DNA of 64,000 nucleotides. Source: Calditrichia bacterium (lineage in GTDB: Bacteria; Calditrichota; Calditrichia; RBG-13-44-9; J075). Within the stretch, counting starts at the first letter, position 1; the number at the start of each line of letters is the position of its first letter. The notes under the pieces were generated by a model that had not been told where the DNA came from, did not search any database, and worked only from the letters and a program-made list of their open reading frames with translations. Both the position numbers and the translations under genes were made by a program. Of the stretch, positions 9,479 through 18,937 are shown piece after piece. The DNA is taken from contig JBOEGD010000001.1 in assembly GCA_050633245.1 (NCBI GenBank), positions 160,001 through 224,000 of the forward strand, read 5' to 3'.

Positions 9479-12178
9479 TTACTTAACTAACATCATTTTC
9501 TTGGCAATTTTAGTTGTCTTACCTTTAGCATCCAATGCCTTCAGCTCGTAGATGTAAACACCCGTGGCTGCCGGAATACCATTGTCGCCCATTCCGTCCC
9601 ACTTGCGGCTGTAAGCACCCGGTGCCAATTCGCCATTTACCAACTCGCGAACCTTCTCACCAAGAACATTGTAGATTGTCAGAGTCACTTGGCTAACATC
9701 CTGAATCGCATTGGAAACGTTGAAGCGAATCGTTGTTTCCGGGTTGAATGGATTCGGATAGTTCTCTTCCAAACGATACTCTTTAACCAGCGTTGGATTC
9801 GTATCCGGATCGTCATCGTTGGTGCTCACCGGAACGGTTCCGATTCCAACCACAATTTCGTGCGGATTCAACTCGCTGTTGCCATACTCGTCCTGTGCTT
9901 CTGTTCGCAGCTCCATTGTTCCTGCACTGATGCTGTTAAGTGTTACTTCCCAGGAACTATAGTTGTCGCCGGTCGGGATGGCTTCAACACCGTTGATCTT
10001 AACAGAAACGATGTTGCTGTTGTCCATTGCCACACCGCGAACGGTGATGGATGAAACCTGCGGGTCAAGAGACTGACCATTTGCCGGGTAAGTAATGACT
10101 ACTGCTGGCGGAAGCTGATCGTTAATATGGATCGGATTGTTCGGCCATGGAACATTGTCTACTGCAACGCGAACGTCTTCGTTAAACTGCGGCTCCATAT
10201 TTTGATAGCTACGACCATCGCTGCGATTCTGTGCAGTCGGAATAACAACCGCATCCTGATTATTACCAAACCAGTCGTGCATAATAAAGGTCAGATCCGG
10301 ATTGGATTTAGCGTTGTCATCGCCGGAAGCGCCATCGTGACCGTCTTCCATGTTTTTCACAATATAATTACGCATGTGAGCTTCGCAATCACGATCACGT
10401 GATTTTTGACCCAAAATCTTAAACGGGTATTCATTTGCTGTGTCAGCATACACTTCTTCGAAGGTAATCAGACCTTCCGGCTCTTTACGAAGTGAGAATA
10501 CTTCGTTTGTCGTGCGAATGGCTGTAAAACCTTCGATGCGACCGTCCTGAATTTCACGTCCATACATACCGTAGGCCGTATTCCAGATGTACAGGTTCTT
10601 GACATAAAAGTTTCTGTGATCCGGGCGGAAACCATACCAGGTTCCCCAGCTCTTGAAATCTTCGATTACGAAAGGCTCGTCGGCATTTGCATAGCCGTTA
10701 CCGAAGTAACCGTATTTCTGAATACCATGTGTCTCGTTACCTTTAAAGCGCAGGTAACCAAACTTCTGAATCTGAACGTTCTGTGCATAGCTGCCGTCAG
10801 GCTGTAGAACTGTTCCGTAGATGTCGGACTCAATCTCAAACTGATATCCATACGTATCGCACTCGTTCGCAACGTTGTTGATGAAAGAGTTACGACCATT
10901 TGCCCACCAGTATCCGGCGCCGTCGTTGTCGTCATAAGCCAATGCCTGATTCGGTAGCGGATCGGTCTCATAGGCCAAAACAGCCAGGTTGCCTTCAAAG
11001 TGGTTATATACCTCGGTTCCGTCTTCCATAAAGTAGCCGTGTCCGAGAGATTTGTAACCAACGTTATCCTTCACAACCAGAAAGTCTGTTCCGTGAACTG
11101 TTACCCAGCGGTTATCCGAATTGTGGATAGAGGCGCCAATAACGAAAGCTCCGCGGTTAGTAGACTTAACAATGTGAAAGTGAATCGGGTAGCGCGCCAG
11201 CTCGCCTTCTTTTCCAAGATAAGCAAACTCAGCATAGCTGATGCTTCCCTTGCTGCTCCAGTGATACATGGTATGACCACGAACACCATTCGGATTCTTG
11301 CTTTCAATAACAACGTTACGAGAAAGAACGGCAACCTCACCAGCATGCTGTCCGCCTTTCCATACAGGGTGCGGATGATCCAGCGGCTGATCGATGGTAA
11401 TGCGATTCCCATTGATAGCTGTAATGTAACGCTCTTCAGTTTCCTGCATTCCGTTTCCACGGAAGGAGCCATTGCTTACAATATTACCATTTGGGCGGCG
11501 ACTACGTGTAACGATAATCTTATCGCCAACATTCCAGTCGTTTACAGTCTCCTGTAGTCTTATCTCAGTCTCGCCGGACATGGCAGACTCAGCCATTTTA
11601 ACCCAGGTCTTCTTCATCGGAGCACCGTGGATCTCCATACGACCACCGTGTGCCTGAATTGAAGGGTTACAGTTATCGTCCAGGCTGCTGAAGTAGGTCA
11701 AACGTACGCGTGCTTCTATACCATAAGGAATCGGATTGTCAAAAGTTCCGATTTCCAGCGTCGGACGAGGTGTCCAGGTTGCGCCGGTCTGGCCAATTGA
11801 ACAATCCTGGTCGGGATCAACTGAAGTACGACTGGATATGAAAATTGTACCTACATCGAGTTGGGTGTCCTGAGTTCTGGAGAATTCAAGTTTGCCACGT
11901 ACGTGAATTAAGCGAATTTCATCACTGGAAACACGGTCGTAAAGAACAACGTGGCCACTATCGACCTTTACATTGTCGCCCTGGCCGGGAACAGAACCGC
12001 CGCTCCATGTATTACCATCAGACCAGTTTCCACTTCTTACACTTGTTATGTCGTCTGCCATTGCAAACATGCTAAAAAATGTGATAATAATGCACACAGT
12101 TTTGAGCATCATGCTCGTGCGCAGGACAGAGGGGTTGTGCCCTTTGCGCGTTTCGTATCGGTTACTCAAGTCCCTCAT
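9479..12178 (-). CDS. Secreted G8-domain parallel beta-helix protein (CEMIP/TMEM2/fibrocystin-like) with an Ig-like domain and a T9SS-type/FlgD-Ig C-terminal domain
   Basis: SGNWSD..TW..G.VP..GD.V (G8); W..GD.I.V, ETEER, EVAVLSRNVVI, RYPIHFH, SIHNSDNRWVTVHGT, GHGYFMEDGTE. C-terminal ENYPNPFNPET...WDG..D.G...ATGVYIY. An AAGGAG RBS favours ATG 12178 over 12262. Confidence 0.85.
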   Translation of the reverse strand: MRDLSNRYETRKGHNPSVLRTSMMLKTVCIIITFFSMFAMADDITSVRSGNWSDGNTWSGGSVPGQGDNVKVDSGHVVLYDRVSSDEIRLIHVRGKLEFSRTQDTQLDVGTIFISSRTSVDPDQDCSIGQTGATWTPRPTLEIGTFDNPIPYGIEARVRLTYFSSLDDNCNPSIQAHGGRMEIHGAPMKKTWVKMAESAMSGETEIRLQETVNDWNVGDKIIVTRSRRPNGNIVSNGSFRGNGMQETEERYITAINGNRITIDQPLDHPHPVWKGGQHAGEVAVLSRNVVIESKNPNGVRGHTMYHWSSKGSISYAEFAYLGKEGELARYPIHFHIVKSTNRGAFVIGASIHNSDNRWVTVHGTDFLVVKDNVGYKSLGHGYFMEDGTEVYNHFEGNLAVLAYETDPLPNQALAYDDNDGAGYWWANGRNSFINNVANECDTYGYQFEIESDIYGTVLQPDGSYAQNVQIQKFGYLRFKGNETHGIQKYGYFGNGYANADEPFVIEDFKSWGTWYGFRPDHRNFYVKNLYIWNTAYGMYGREIQDGRIEGFTAIRTTNEVFSLRKEPEGLITFEEVYADTANEYPFKILGQKSRDRDCEAHMRNYIVKNMEDGHDGASGDDNAKSNPDLTFIMHDWFGNNQDAVVIPTAQNRSDGRSYQNMEPQFNEDVRVAVDNVPWPNNPIHINDQLPPAVVITYPANGQSLDPQVSSITVRGVAMDNSNIVSVKINGVEAIPTGDNYSSWEVTLNSISAGTMELRTEAQDEYGNSELNPHEIVVGIGTVPVSTNDDDPDTNPTLVKEYRLEENYPNPFNPETTIRFNVSNAIQDVSQVTLTIYNVLGEKVRELVNGELAPGAYSRKWDGMGDNGIPAATGVYIYELKALDAKGKTTKIAKKMMLVK

Positions 12179-12313
12179 TGTGATACTCCTTGCCTTTTCA
12201 GTTAGTGCGATTAGTCGTTTTAGAGTATTCTGATTATGGGTTTCTTTAATAATTGAATACATCGATCTTCATCCTTGTAATTCGTCCATGTAATAGTCGA
12301 CGCCCCGGTGAAA

Positions 12314-12329
12314 AGCAATAGGCGTGCCA
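12314..12329 (-). promoter_or_regulatory. sigma54 (-24/-12) promoter for the G8 protein gene
   Basis: Minus strand reads TGGCACG-CCTA-TTGCT, a full match to TGGCACG-N4-TTGC. Confidence 0.8.
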
Positions 12330-12680
12330 TTATTTAATGGAATTCTTGTTGAGAGCGGTATAGAGCGGAATGCGTCTTATATATAGCACAACTTTATTTT
12401 TAAAATGTGACTGACTACATGGTTCTGTGGTTATTTTTTGCACAGATTTGGTTCAAATCGCTAAATAAGCACGAAAATACGCAGAAAAGCTTATTCAATA
12501 TGTTAGGGAAGCCTGTAAAGAGGGCGCTGAAAATTCCGATACTTACTACGTGCAAGGCATCACATTGAAATTTCAAATATTCGAAAAATTTGAGCCCTTT
12601 GGGAGCATTTCTATCATACGTACTCTACACTTGTCAACTGATCAAACACACCATATATCGATTGTAAAGGAATAATTCCT

Positions 12681-13775
12681 ATGAAGAGGATTATCAATGT
12701 TGTTGGGGCAAGACCCAATTTTATGAAAATAGGACCAATTCAACGCGAGATGGCAAAGTATCCAAATGAGATTGAGCCGCTCTTGTTACATACCGGTCAA
12801 CATTATGATGAAAAGATGAGTAAACTGTTCTTCGTAGATCTTGAGCTTCCGCAGCCGGATATCTATTTAGGTGTCGGTTCTGGCTCTCATGCCCAGCAAA
12901 CAGCCAAGATTATGACGGACTTTGAAAAAGTCTGCCTCGAACATAAACCAGATATGGTGCTTGTTGTTGGTGATGTAAACTCTACTGTTGCCTGCAGCCT
13001 CGTTGCTTCGAAACTGCACATACCGGTTATTCATGTTGAAGCCGGGTTGCGCAGTAATGATCGCAAAATGCCGGAAGAGCTGAATCGGTTGGTAACGGAT
13101 GTCTTGTCCGACCACCTCTTTATTACCGAGAAAAGCGGTATCGAGAATTTGAAGAACGAAGGTATTGATGATTCCAAGGTTCACTTTGTAGGCAACGTGA
13201 TGATCGATTCGCTCGCTTATAATGCGAAGAAAGCAGATGAGTCTAAAATCTTGGATCAACTTGAGCTGGAAAGCGGCAACTATGTACTGGTAACGCTGCA
13301 CCGACCCTCAAATGTTGATGACCCGGAAAACTTTATGAAAATCATTCGTGCATTTGAAGAGGTGCCGAAAGATTTACAGATCGTTTTCCCGATGCACCCA
13401 CGCACTGCGAATAATATTAAGAAGTTCGGTTTGGAAGAGCGCGTTGCTGCTCTAACCAACCTCAAGCAACTGCCTCCTATCGGCTATTTAGATTTCATGC
13501 AGCTTACGCGTAACAGTAAGTTTGTTATGACTGACTCTGGCGGTATTCAGGAAGAAACCACCTATCTCGGTATTCCCTGTATTACGCTGCGCGAAAATAC
13601 CGAACGACCGATCACCGCAGAAGTGGGAACGAATGAGATTGTCGGAACGGATATGGATCTGATTCTGAACTGTCTGGAACGCGTTCTTAGCGGTAACTGG
13701 AAAAAGGGAGAGATTCCCGAGCTGTGGGATGGCAAGGCTGCCGAGCGCATTGTTTCGGTTTTGCGTAAACTGTAA
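12681..13775 (+). CDS. wecB: UDP-N-acetylglucosamine 2-epimerase, non-hydrolysing (WecB/WbpI family)
   Basis: GARPNFMK, HTGQHYD, GDVNST, HVEAGLRS, MPEELNR, TLHRPSNVD, TDSGGIQEE, RENTERP. Confidence 0.95.
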   Translation: MKRIINVVGARPNFMKIGPIQREMAKYPNEIEPLLLHTGQHYDEKMSKLFFVDLELPQPDIYLGVGSGSHAQQTAKIMTDFEKVCLEHKPDMVLVVGDVNSTVACSLVASKLHIPVIHVEAGLRSNDRKMPEELNRLVTDVLSDHLFITEKSGIENLKNEGIDDSKVHFVGNVMIDSLAYNAKKADESKILDQLELESGNYVLVTLHRPSNVDDPENFMKIIRAFEEVPKDLQIVFPMHPRTANNIKKFGLEERVAALTNLKQLPPIGYLDFMQLTRNSKFVMTDSGGIQEETTYLGIPCITLRENTERPITAEVGTNEIVGTDMDLILNCLERVLSGNWKKGEIPELWDGKAAERIVSVLRKL

Positions 13776-13802
13776 TCATAGAAACGTCATTGGGACCGTA
13801 TC

Positions 13803-16163
13803 ATGGATGTATTAAAATACGCATCAAAACTTAGTAAAATGAGCTCGCATGAGATTTCCTTCCGTATTAAACAGAAGGCTCGAAATACTGTGGAAACCTT
13901 ACGCTGGAAGCGACAGGGCAGGCAGGATATGTTTGTTCCATCGCATATTTCGCAGTGGGATACCGCGTCTCATGTCTTTCCTGCCGCCGACCTGAAGTTC
14001 TTTGGTTTTGAAAAAGGCGCAAAAGCGCTTCAGGCAGGATATGAAGGCCATTTCAGTAAGCGCAAAGAAGAAACGATCAAGGCCGCTGATAAGCTAATGA
14101 AGCAGCAGTTTCGCCTGTTGGGACTCGACGTTACTTTGCAGGATACCATTCAATGGAATCAGAATCCACAAACCGGTACTAACTATCCGATGCAGCATCA
14201 TGTTATGATGGATACGTTTAATACAGAAAAATACGGTGACGTGAAGTTTGTCTGGGAGCTAAATCGTCATCAATTCTTTATCGAACTGGCGAAGAGTTAT
14301 TTTGTTAGCGGTAACGAAAAGTATGCTGAAAAGCTGTGGAGCTGGCTGGAAAGCTGGTTCGAGCAAAACCCGCATAAGATCGGCATCAATCATACCTCGG
14401 TGCTGGAACATTCAGTGCGCATTTATGCGTGGATCTGGAGCTATTACTTTACCGCCGAATCTCCCATTTGGACAAAAGAACGCAAGGCTACTCTGGCACG
14501 TAACCTGCTTCTTCAAGGCGAGATGATTGAAGAGAACCTGTCTTTCTATTATAGTCCCTACAATCATTTAATTGGGGAGCTTGCGGCTCTTTCTTTTTTG
14601 GGCACGGTTTACAGTAATTCCGAACGTATGATAGCATGGCGGGATGACTACTGGCTTGAGATGGAACGTCAGCTCGATATGCAGTACTCGAAAGATGGAT
14701 TCACGGTTGAACAAGCAACGTATTATCATCACTTTACAACCGGGTTTTATCTGCAGCTGGCCCTGTTACGACGTCAAAACGGACTGCCGGTTTCAGACAG
14801 AGCATGGAAACATATCGAGCAGGCACTGGATTTCCCAATGCGTTTTACCAGACCCGATGGCCAGCTTCCAATGCTCGGAGATATTGACAGTGCTCGCTCA
14901 ATTTATTTCTATCAGCCGCAGCCAATGTGGGATTTAAGACCGTTTCAGGCGCTCGGTGCAGTTGTTTTTAAGCGCAACGACATGCGGTTTGTCGCTGCCG
15001 AACCGGCGGAAGAACTGCTTTGGTTGCTGGGAACAGATGGCCTGGAAGAATTTAATACGCTCACTCCGGAAGCTCCCGAAGCTGTTTCCGAGGCGTTACC
15101 GGAAAGCGGTTATTATATGATGCGAGATGGCTGGGATGGCAAAAGTAATTATTGCTGTTTCGATTGTGGAGACATTGCACACGGTGTTTTTAAGGATGAA
15201 ACGCCATCTGCTGCTCATGGACATGGAGACATTCTATCTTTTGAGCTGACGGTTAATGGCAGTCCCTTAATAATCGACCCCGGATTTTATACTTATTTCG
15301 GGCCCTTGGAATGGCACCGTTACTTTCGCTCCACGCGTGGTCACAATAGTATTGAAATAAATGGTGCTGGTCAGGCGGTTCACGAAGGTCGAATTGGCTG
15401 GTCGCATGTTTCTTCGCCGACCCTCCTGCATTGGGCCTCGGGAAAAACAATGGACTTTGCTGCCGGTGAAATTGATCGTTTCGCGAAGCTGAATCAACCG
15501 GTTCGCCAACAGCGATATATGATCTTTCGCAAAGATGCCTATCTGTTAGTGGTCGATCGTCTGGTTGGTAGTGCAACGGGCAAGCTGGAAATCGAGTCTT
15601 CATTCCACTTTCCGCCGGGAGAATTGCGTGAGTCTGACGGACGTCTGTTTTACAATGATGCCCTCTGTGCCGCGGTGCAGAGCGCAGCGAAAACGAATGT
15701 ACAGATTTCCTGCGGCGGAGAGAATCCGGATGAAGGTTGGATGGCTGAAGGATATGGCTGTAAAACTGCCGCTCCGGTGCTGAGAATCACAGCGACGGAA
15801 GCTGCGCCGACCTATCTTGCGATGGCTTTTCCTCTGCAGGCTGTTAAGCCTGAAGCCTTTTCTATAGAAAGCAGAGAAGAGGATGGTATGCAAATTCTTG
15901 ATATCGCAATTAATGGATTAAAGGAGCGTATCTACTTGAATTCCGCCCGCAAACGAGTAAGCATAGGTGATGATTTTGAAACGGATGCCCTGTGTGTTGT
16001 TGCCAGCTCGAATCCTCAAGAAAAAGAAATGCAGTTAATTAAGTTGCGTCACCTGAAGCGCGGTGGTGAGGTTTTAGATTTAAAGATTCCCGATCAATCA
16101 TCGGGCGATCTAAATATCCATCTCAATTATTCTGGTAAACCGGAAGTGGCGGTTTGGAAATAA
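13803..16163 (+). CDS. Heparinase II/III-family protein (EPS/capsule-locus type)
   Basis: DVKFVWELNRHQ, YNHLIGE, EQATYYH, AHGHGDILSF, DPGFYTY, FRSTRGHN. Confidence 0.9.
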   Translation: MDVLKYASKLSKMSSHEISFRIKQKARNTVETLRWKRQGRQDMFVPSHISQWDTASHVFPAADLKFFGFEKGAKALQAGYEGHFSKRKEETIKAADKLMKQQFRLLGLDVTLQDTIQWNQNPQTGTNYPMQHHVMMDTFNTEKYGDVKFVWELNRHQFFIELAKSYFVSGNEKYAEKLWSWLESWFEQNPHKIGINHTSVLEHSVRIYAWIWSYYFTAESPIWTKERKATLARNLLLQGEMIEENLSFYYSPYNHLIGELAALSFLGTVYSNSERMIAWRDDYWLEMERQLDMQYSKDGFTVEQATYYHHFTTGFYLQLALLRRQNGLPVSDRAWKHIEQALDFPMRFTRPDGQLPMLGDIDSARSIYFYQPQPMWDLRPFQALGAVVFKRNDMRFVAAEPAEELLWLLGTDGLEEFNTLTPEAPEAVSEALPESGYYMMRDGWDGKSNYCCFDCGDIAHGVFKDETPSAAHGHGDILSFELTVNGSPLIIDPGFYTYFGPLEWHRYFRSTRGHNSIEINGAGQAVHEGRIGWSHVSSPTLLHWASGKTMDFAAGEIDRFAKLNQPVRQQRYMIFRKDAYLLVVDRLVGSATGKLEIESSFHFPPGELRESDGRLFYNDALCAAVQSAAKTNVQISCGGENPDEGWMAEGYGCKTAAPVLRITATEAAPTYLAMAFPLQAVKPEAFSIESREEDGMQILDIAINGLKERIYLNSARKRVSIGDDFETDALCVVASSNPQEKEMQLIKLRHLKRGGEVLDLKIPDQSSGDLNIHLNYSGKPEVAVWK

Positions 16164-16494
16164 ATAGCGAACGCATACAGGCTGCTGACACAGCGTTCCG
16201 CTAATCCCTTTGCCGGAAAGATTAATACCCATAGCACAACGTGACTGACACGGCGCCTGGGTTCGATACGAATACGGAAATTTTCTTCACTCGGAATCGA
16301 AACCTTACGATGATAAAGAACTTAGAGGCTGTGCGGGTTTTTCAGAGAACGAAAGCGTTGAGAAATCGATGCCCTTCGCTCTCTCTGAATACATAGCGAC
16401 CCGAGCGGGTTTCTCTCGCGGTATGCAGCTTAATCTTTTCTATGAGCAATAGTATCCGAATCGCAACGTTCCATAACGATTTTACGGAAGTAAC

Positions 16495-17589
16495 ATGGCA
16501 ACAAAGCAAATGAGTCGAAACGGAAGCCACAAAAAAATTCTTGAAATCAGTTCTTATCCACCGCCGCGTGCCGGTTGGGGAGTGCGTGTCTCATTCGTCA
16601 AAGACGCACTTATCGAAGGTGGACATGCCTGTGAGGTTATTAATATCGCGCCGGAAAGCCGAATGATTCCCAGCCCGGAGTATTTGACCTCTATGAATGG
16701 GTTGGATTACTGCATGAAGGTGCTGAAAAAGAGCCTGGCAGGATATCGCGTGCACATGCACCTTAACGGAAATTCTCCGAAGGGCTTTGTGCTGACCATT
16801 CTGGCAGGTACGATTAACCTCCTCACGTTTAAACGACCGATATTGACGGTGCATGCCGGGCCCTATCAGATTTATTTCCCCCGTGAGCGCGCCAAACATC
16901 TTGTTCCAATGTTTAAGTATATTTTTGGAACTGCGCGCAAAATTATCTGTAACAGCGATGCGGTAAAAGAGAAAATTGTGGAATACGGTATCAGCCCGGA
17001 TAAAATTGTGCCCATTCAGGCATTTAGCGTGCAGTATCTGCAATATGAGAAGCCCGAGCTAAAGCCGGATCTGCAGCAGTTTATCGATAAACACGACGTG
17101 CTGATAAGTTCGTATGTGTTTTTTCGACCGGAGTTCTTTATTGATAGCATGGTAAAGGCGATCGCAGAGCTGAAAAAGGTCTATCCCAAAATTGGACTCA
17201 TGATCCTTGGCTCGCACGACAACTCCGAAGATATACGCAAGCTGGTGACGGAGCTCGGTATTGATGACAATGTCTACTTTGCCGGAGATCTGGATCATGA
17301 TACATTCCTGACGCTGGTTGCAACAGCTCAAATCTTTCTGCGCACGCCGATACGCGACGGTATCTGTTCGTCAGTGCTGGAAGCACTGGCACTTGGTGTG
17401 CCTGTCGTTGCGTCTGAAAACGACCGCCGACCAGAAAGTGTAATTACATATAATCATGAAGAAGTTTCAGATATGGTGCGCGCAGTGCGTGAAACAATAG
17501 ATAATCTGGAAGAAGCAAAACAGCGCATTGTAAAACCGGTTATTCAGGATACGGTTGCCGATGAAGTCGCTGTATTGGTGGAGGCATAA
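16495..17589 (+). CDS. GT4 glycosyltransferase
   Basis: YPPPRAGWG at the N-terminus; DGICSSVLEALALGVPVVAS at the C-terminus. Confidence 0.85.
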   Translation: MATKQMSRNGSHKKILEISSYPPPRAGWGVRVSFVKDALIEGGHACEVINIAPESRMIPSPEYLTSMNGLDYCMKVLKKSLAGYRVHMHLNGNSPKGFVLTILAGTINLLTFKRPILTVHAGPYQIYFPRERAKHLVPMFKYIFGTARKIICNSDAVKEKIVEYGISPDKIVPIQAFSVQYLQYEKPELKPDLQQFIDKHDVLISSYVFFRPEFFIDSMVKAIAELKKVYPKIGLMILGSHDNSEDIRKLVTELGIDDNVYFAGDLDHDTFLTLVATAQIFLRTPIRDGICSSVLEALALGVPVVASENDRRPESVITYNHEEVSDMVRAVRETIDNLEEAKQRIVKPVIQDTVADEVAVLVEA

Positions 17590-18816
17590 ATGTCAAAAAA
17601 TGGTAAGCTAAAAGTATTATTCCTTTCGCAGCGCTTTTTATTCCCAATGGACACTGGCGGTAAGATCCGTACCGGGAAAATTCTTGAGCAGCTGAAAGAT
17701 TTGGTGTCGTTAACGGTGATCAGCAATGTAGAGTCACCCAAAGACGATAAGTATCTGGACGATATGAAAGCGCTTTGTGATCAATTTATTCCAGTTCCAT
17801 GGAAGGAAATGGAGCGATATAACATGAAGTTTTATATGAAAATCGCAGCCCAATCGTTTTCAAAATATCCCATTTCGGTTTTGAATGATTATTCGAAGTC
17901 GTTGGAAGAAGCGGTTATCAAGGAACTGAAGAACGAGACTTATGATCTCGCAATATGCGATTTCCTGCAGTCTACTCTGAACTTCCAGCATGTGCAGAAC
18001 ATTCAAACGCTCCTATTTCAGCACAATGTTGAAGCAACTATTACGCTGCGGCATCTCGAGAAGGCGAAAGATCCTGTCTCGAAAGTGTTTTGGTCGCTAC
18101 AGCATAAGAGAATGATGCGTCATGAAAAAGAAATGTGTAACAAATTTGATGGAACCATTGCCGTGTCCGGAAAAGATCGCGAACGCATGGAAGAATGGTT
18201 CGGCGCAAATAGCGTATATGATATTCCTACCGGAGTAGATACTGATTATTATCAGCCCTCGCCGGAGGTTGAGGAGAAGAAACAGCTTGTGTTTACCGGT
18301 TCAATGGACTGGCTGCCTAACGAAGACGCAATGATTTACTTTGTTGATAAGATTTTCCCGCTTATCAAGAAGGAAGAGCCAGATACCAAGCTGGTGATTG
18401 TAGGACGGCGTCCAACGCCTTCGCTGTTGAAGCTGACTGAAGGTCGAGAGGATATAGAAACCACCGGCTGGGTAGATGATACGCGTCCATACATTGCTGA
18501 AAGCGCAGTGTTTATTGTGCCAATTCGTATTGGTGGCGGAACACGTATGAAGATCTACGAAGCACTTGCAATGGGCAAAGCGATGGTCTCTACCGCGGTA
18601 GGAGCAGAGGGACTGCCTTTGGAACATGGTGAACAGATTATGTTCGCCGACGAAGAACAGAACTTTGCCGATCGCACTGTTGAGCTGCTGCGCAGTGCTG
18701 AACTTCGCAAAAAGCTGGGCGAAACTGCAAGAGAATATGTATATACCAACTTTCGCTGGGGTAAAGTTGCAGAAGTCTTCACGGACATCTGTAATACGGT
18801 AGCGCAAAAGAAGTAG
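17590..18816 (+). CDS. GT4 glycosyltransferase
   Basis: P.DTGGKIR, HNVE, FTGSMDWLPN, GGGTRMKIYEALAMG, GAEGL; abuts the upstream gene. Confidence 0.92.
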   Translation: MSKNGKLKVLFLSQRFLFPMDTGGKIRTGKILEQLKDLVSLTVISNVESPKDDKYLDDMKALCDQFIPVPWKEMERYNMKFYMKIAAQSFSKYPISVLNDYSKSLEEAVIKELKNETYDLAICDFLQSTLNFQHVQNIQTLLFQHNVEATITLRHLEKAKDPVSKVFWSLQHKRMMRHEKEMCNKFDGTIAVSGKDRERMEEWFGANSVYDIPTGVDTDYYQPSPEVEEKKQLVFTGSMDWLPNEDAMIYFVDKIFPLIKKEEPDTKLVIVGRRPTPSLLKLTEGREDIETTGWVDDTRPYIAESAVFIVPIRIGGGTRMKIYEALAMGKAMVSTAVGAEGLPLEHGEQIMFADEEQNFADRTVELLRSAELRKKLGETAREYVYTNFRWGKVAEVFTDICNTVAQKK

Positions 18817-18872
18817 GAACGCGCTGTTTAGCGTTCTGTTTGTATCAGCGCGATGTTTGCACAAGATGATTG

Positions 18873-18907
18873 TAAGAAATAAGAAATAAGAAATCATAAA
18901 TCATAAC
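18873..18907. repeat. Heptamer tandem repeat
   Basis: TAAGAAA x3 followed by TCATAAA TCATAAC. Confidence 0.7.
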
Positions 18908-18937
18908 TATTTAAATCTCATCTCGGAGGGTAATGCC

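Noticed and set aside
16240-16290. tRNA suggested by GGGTTCGAT
   Set aside because: No T-stem closure, acceptor stem or cloverleaf can be built.
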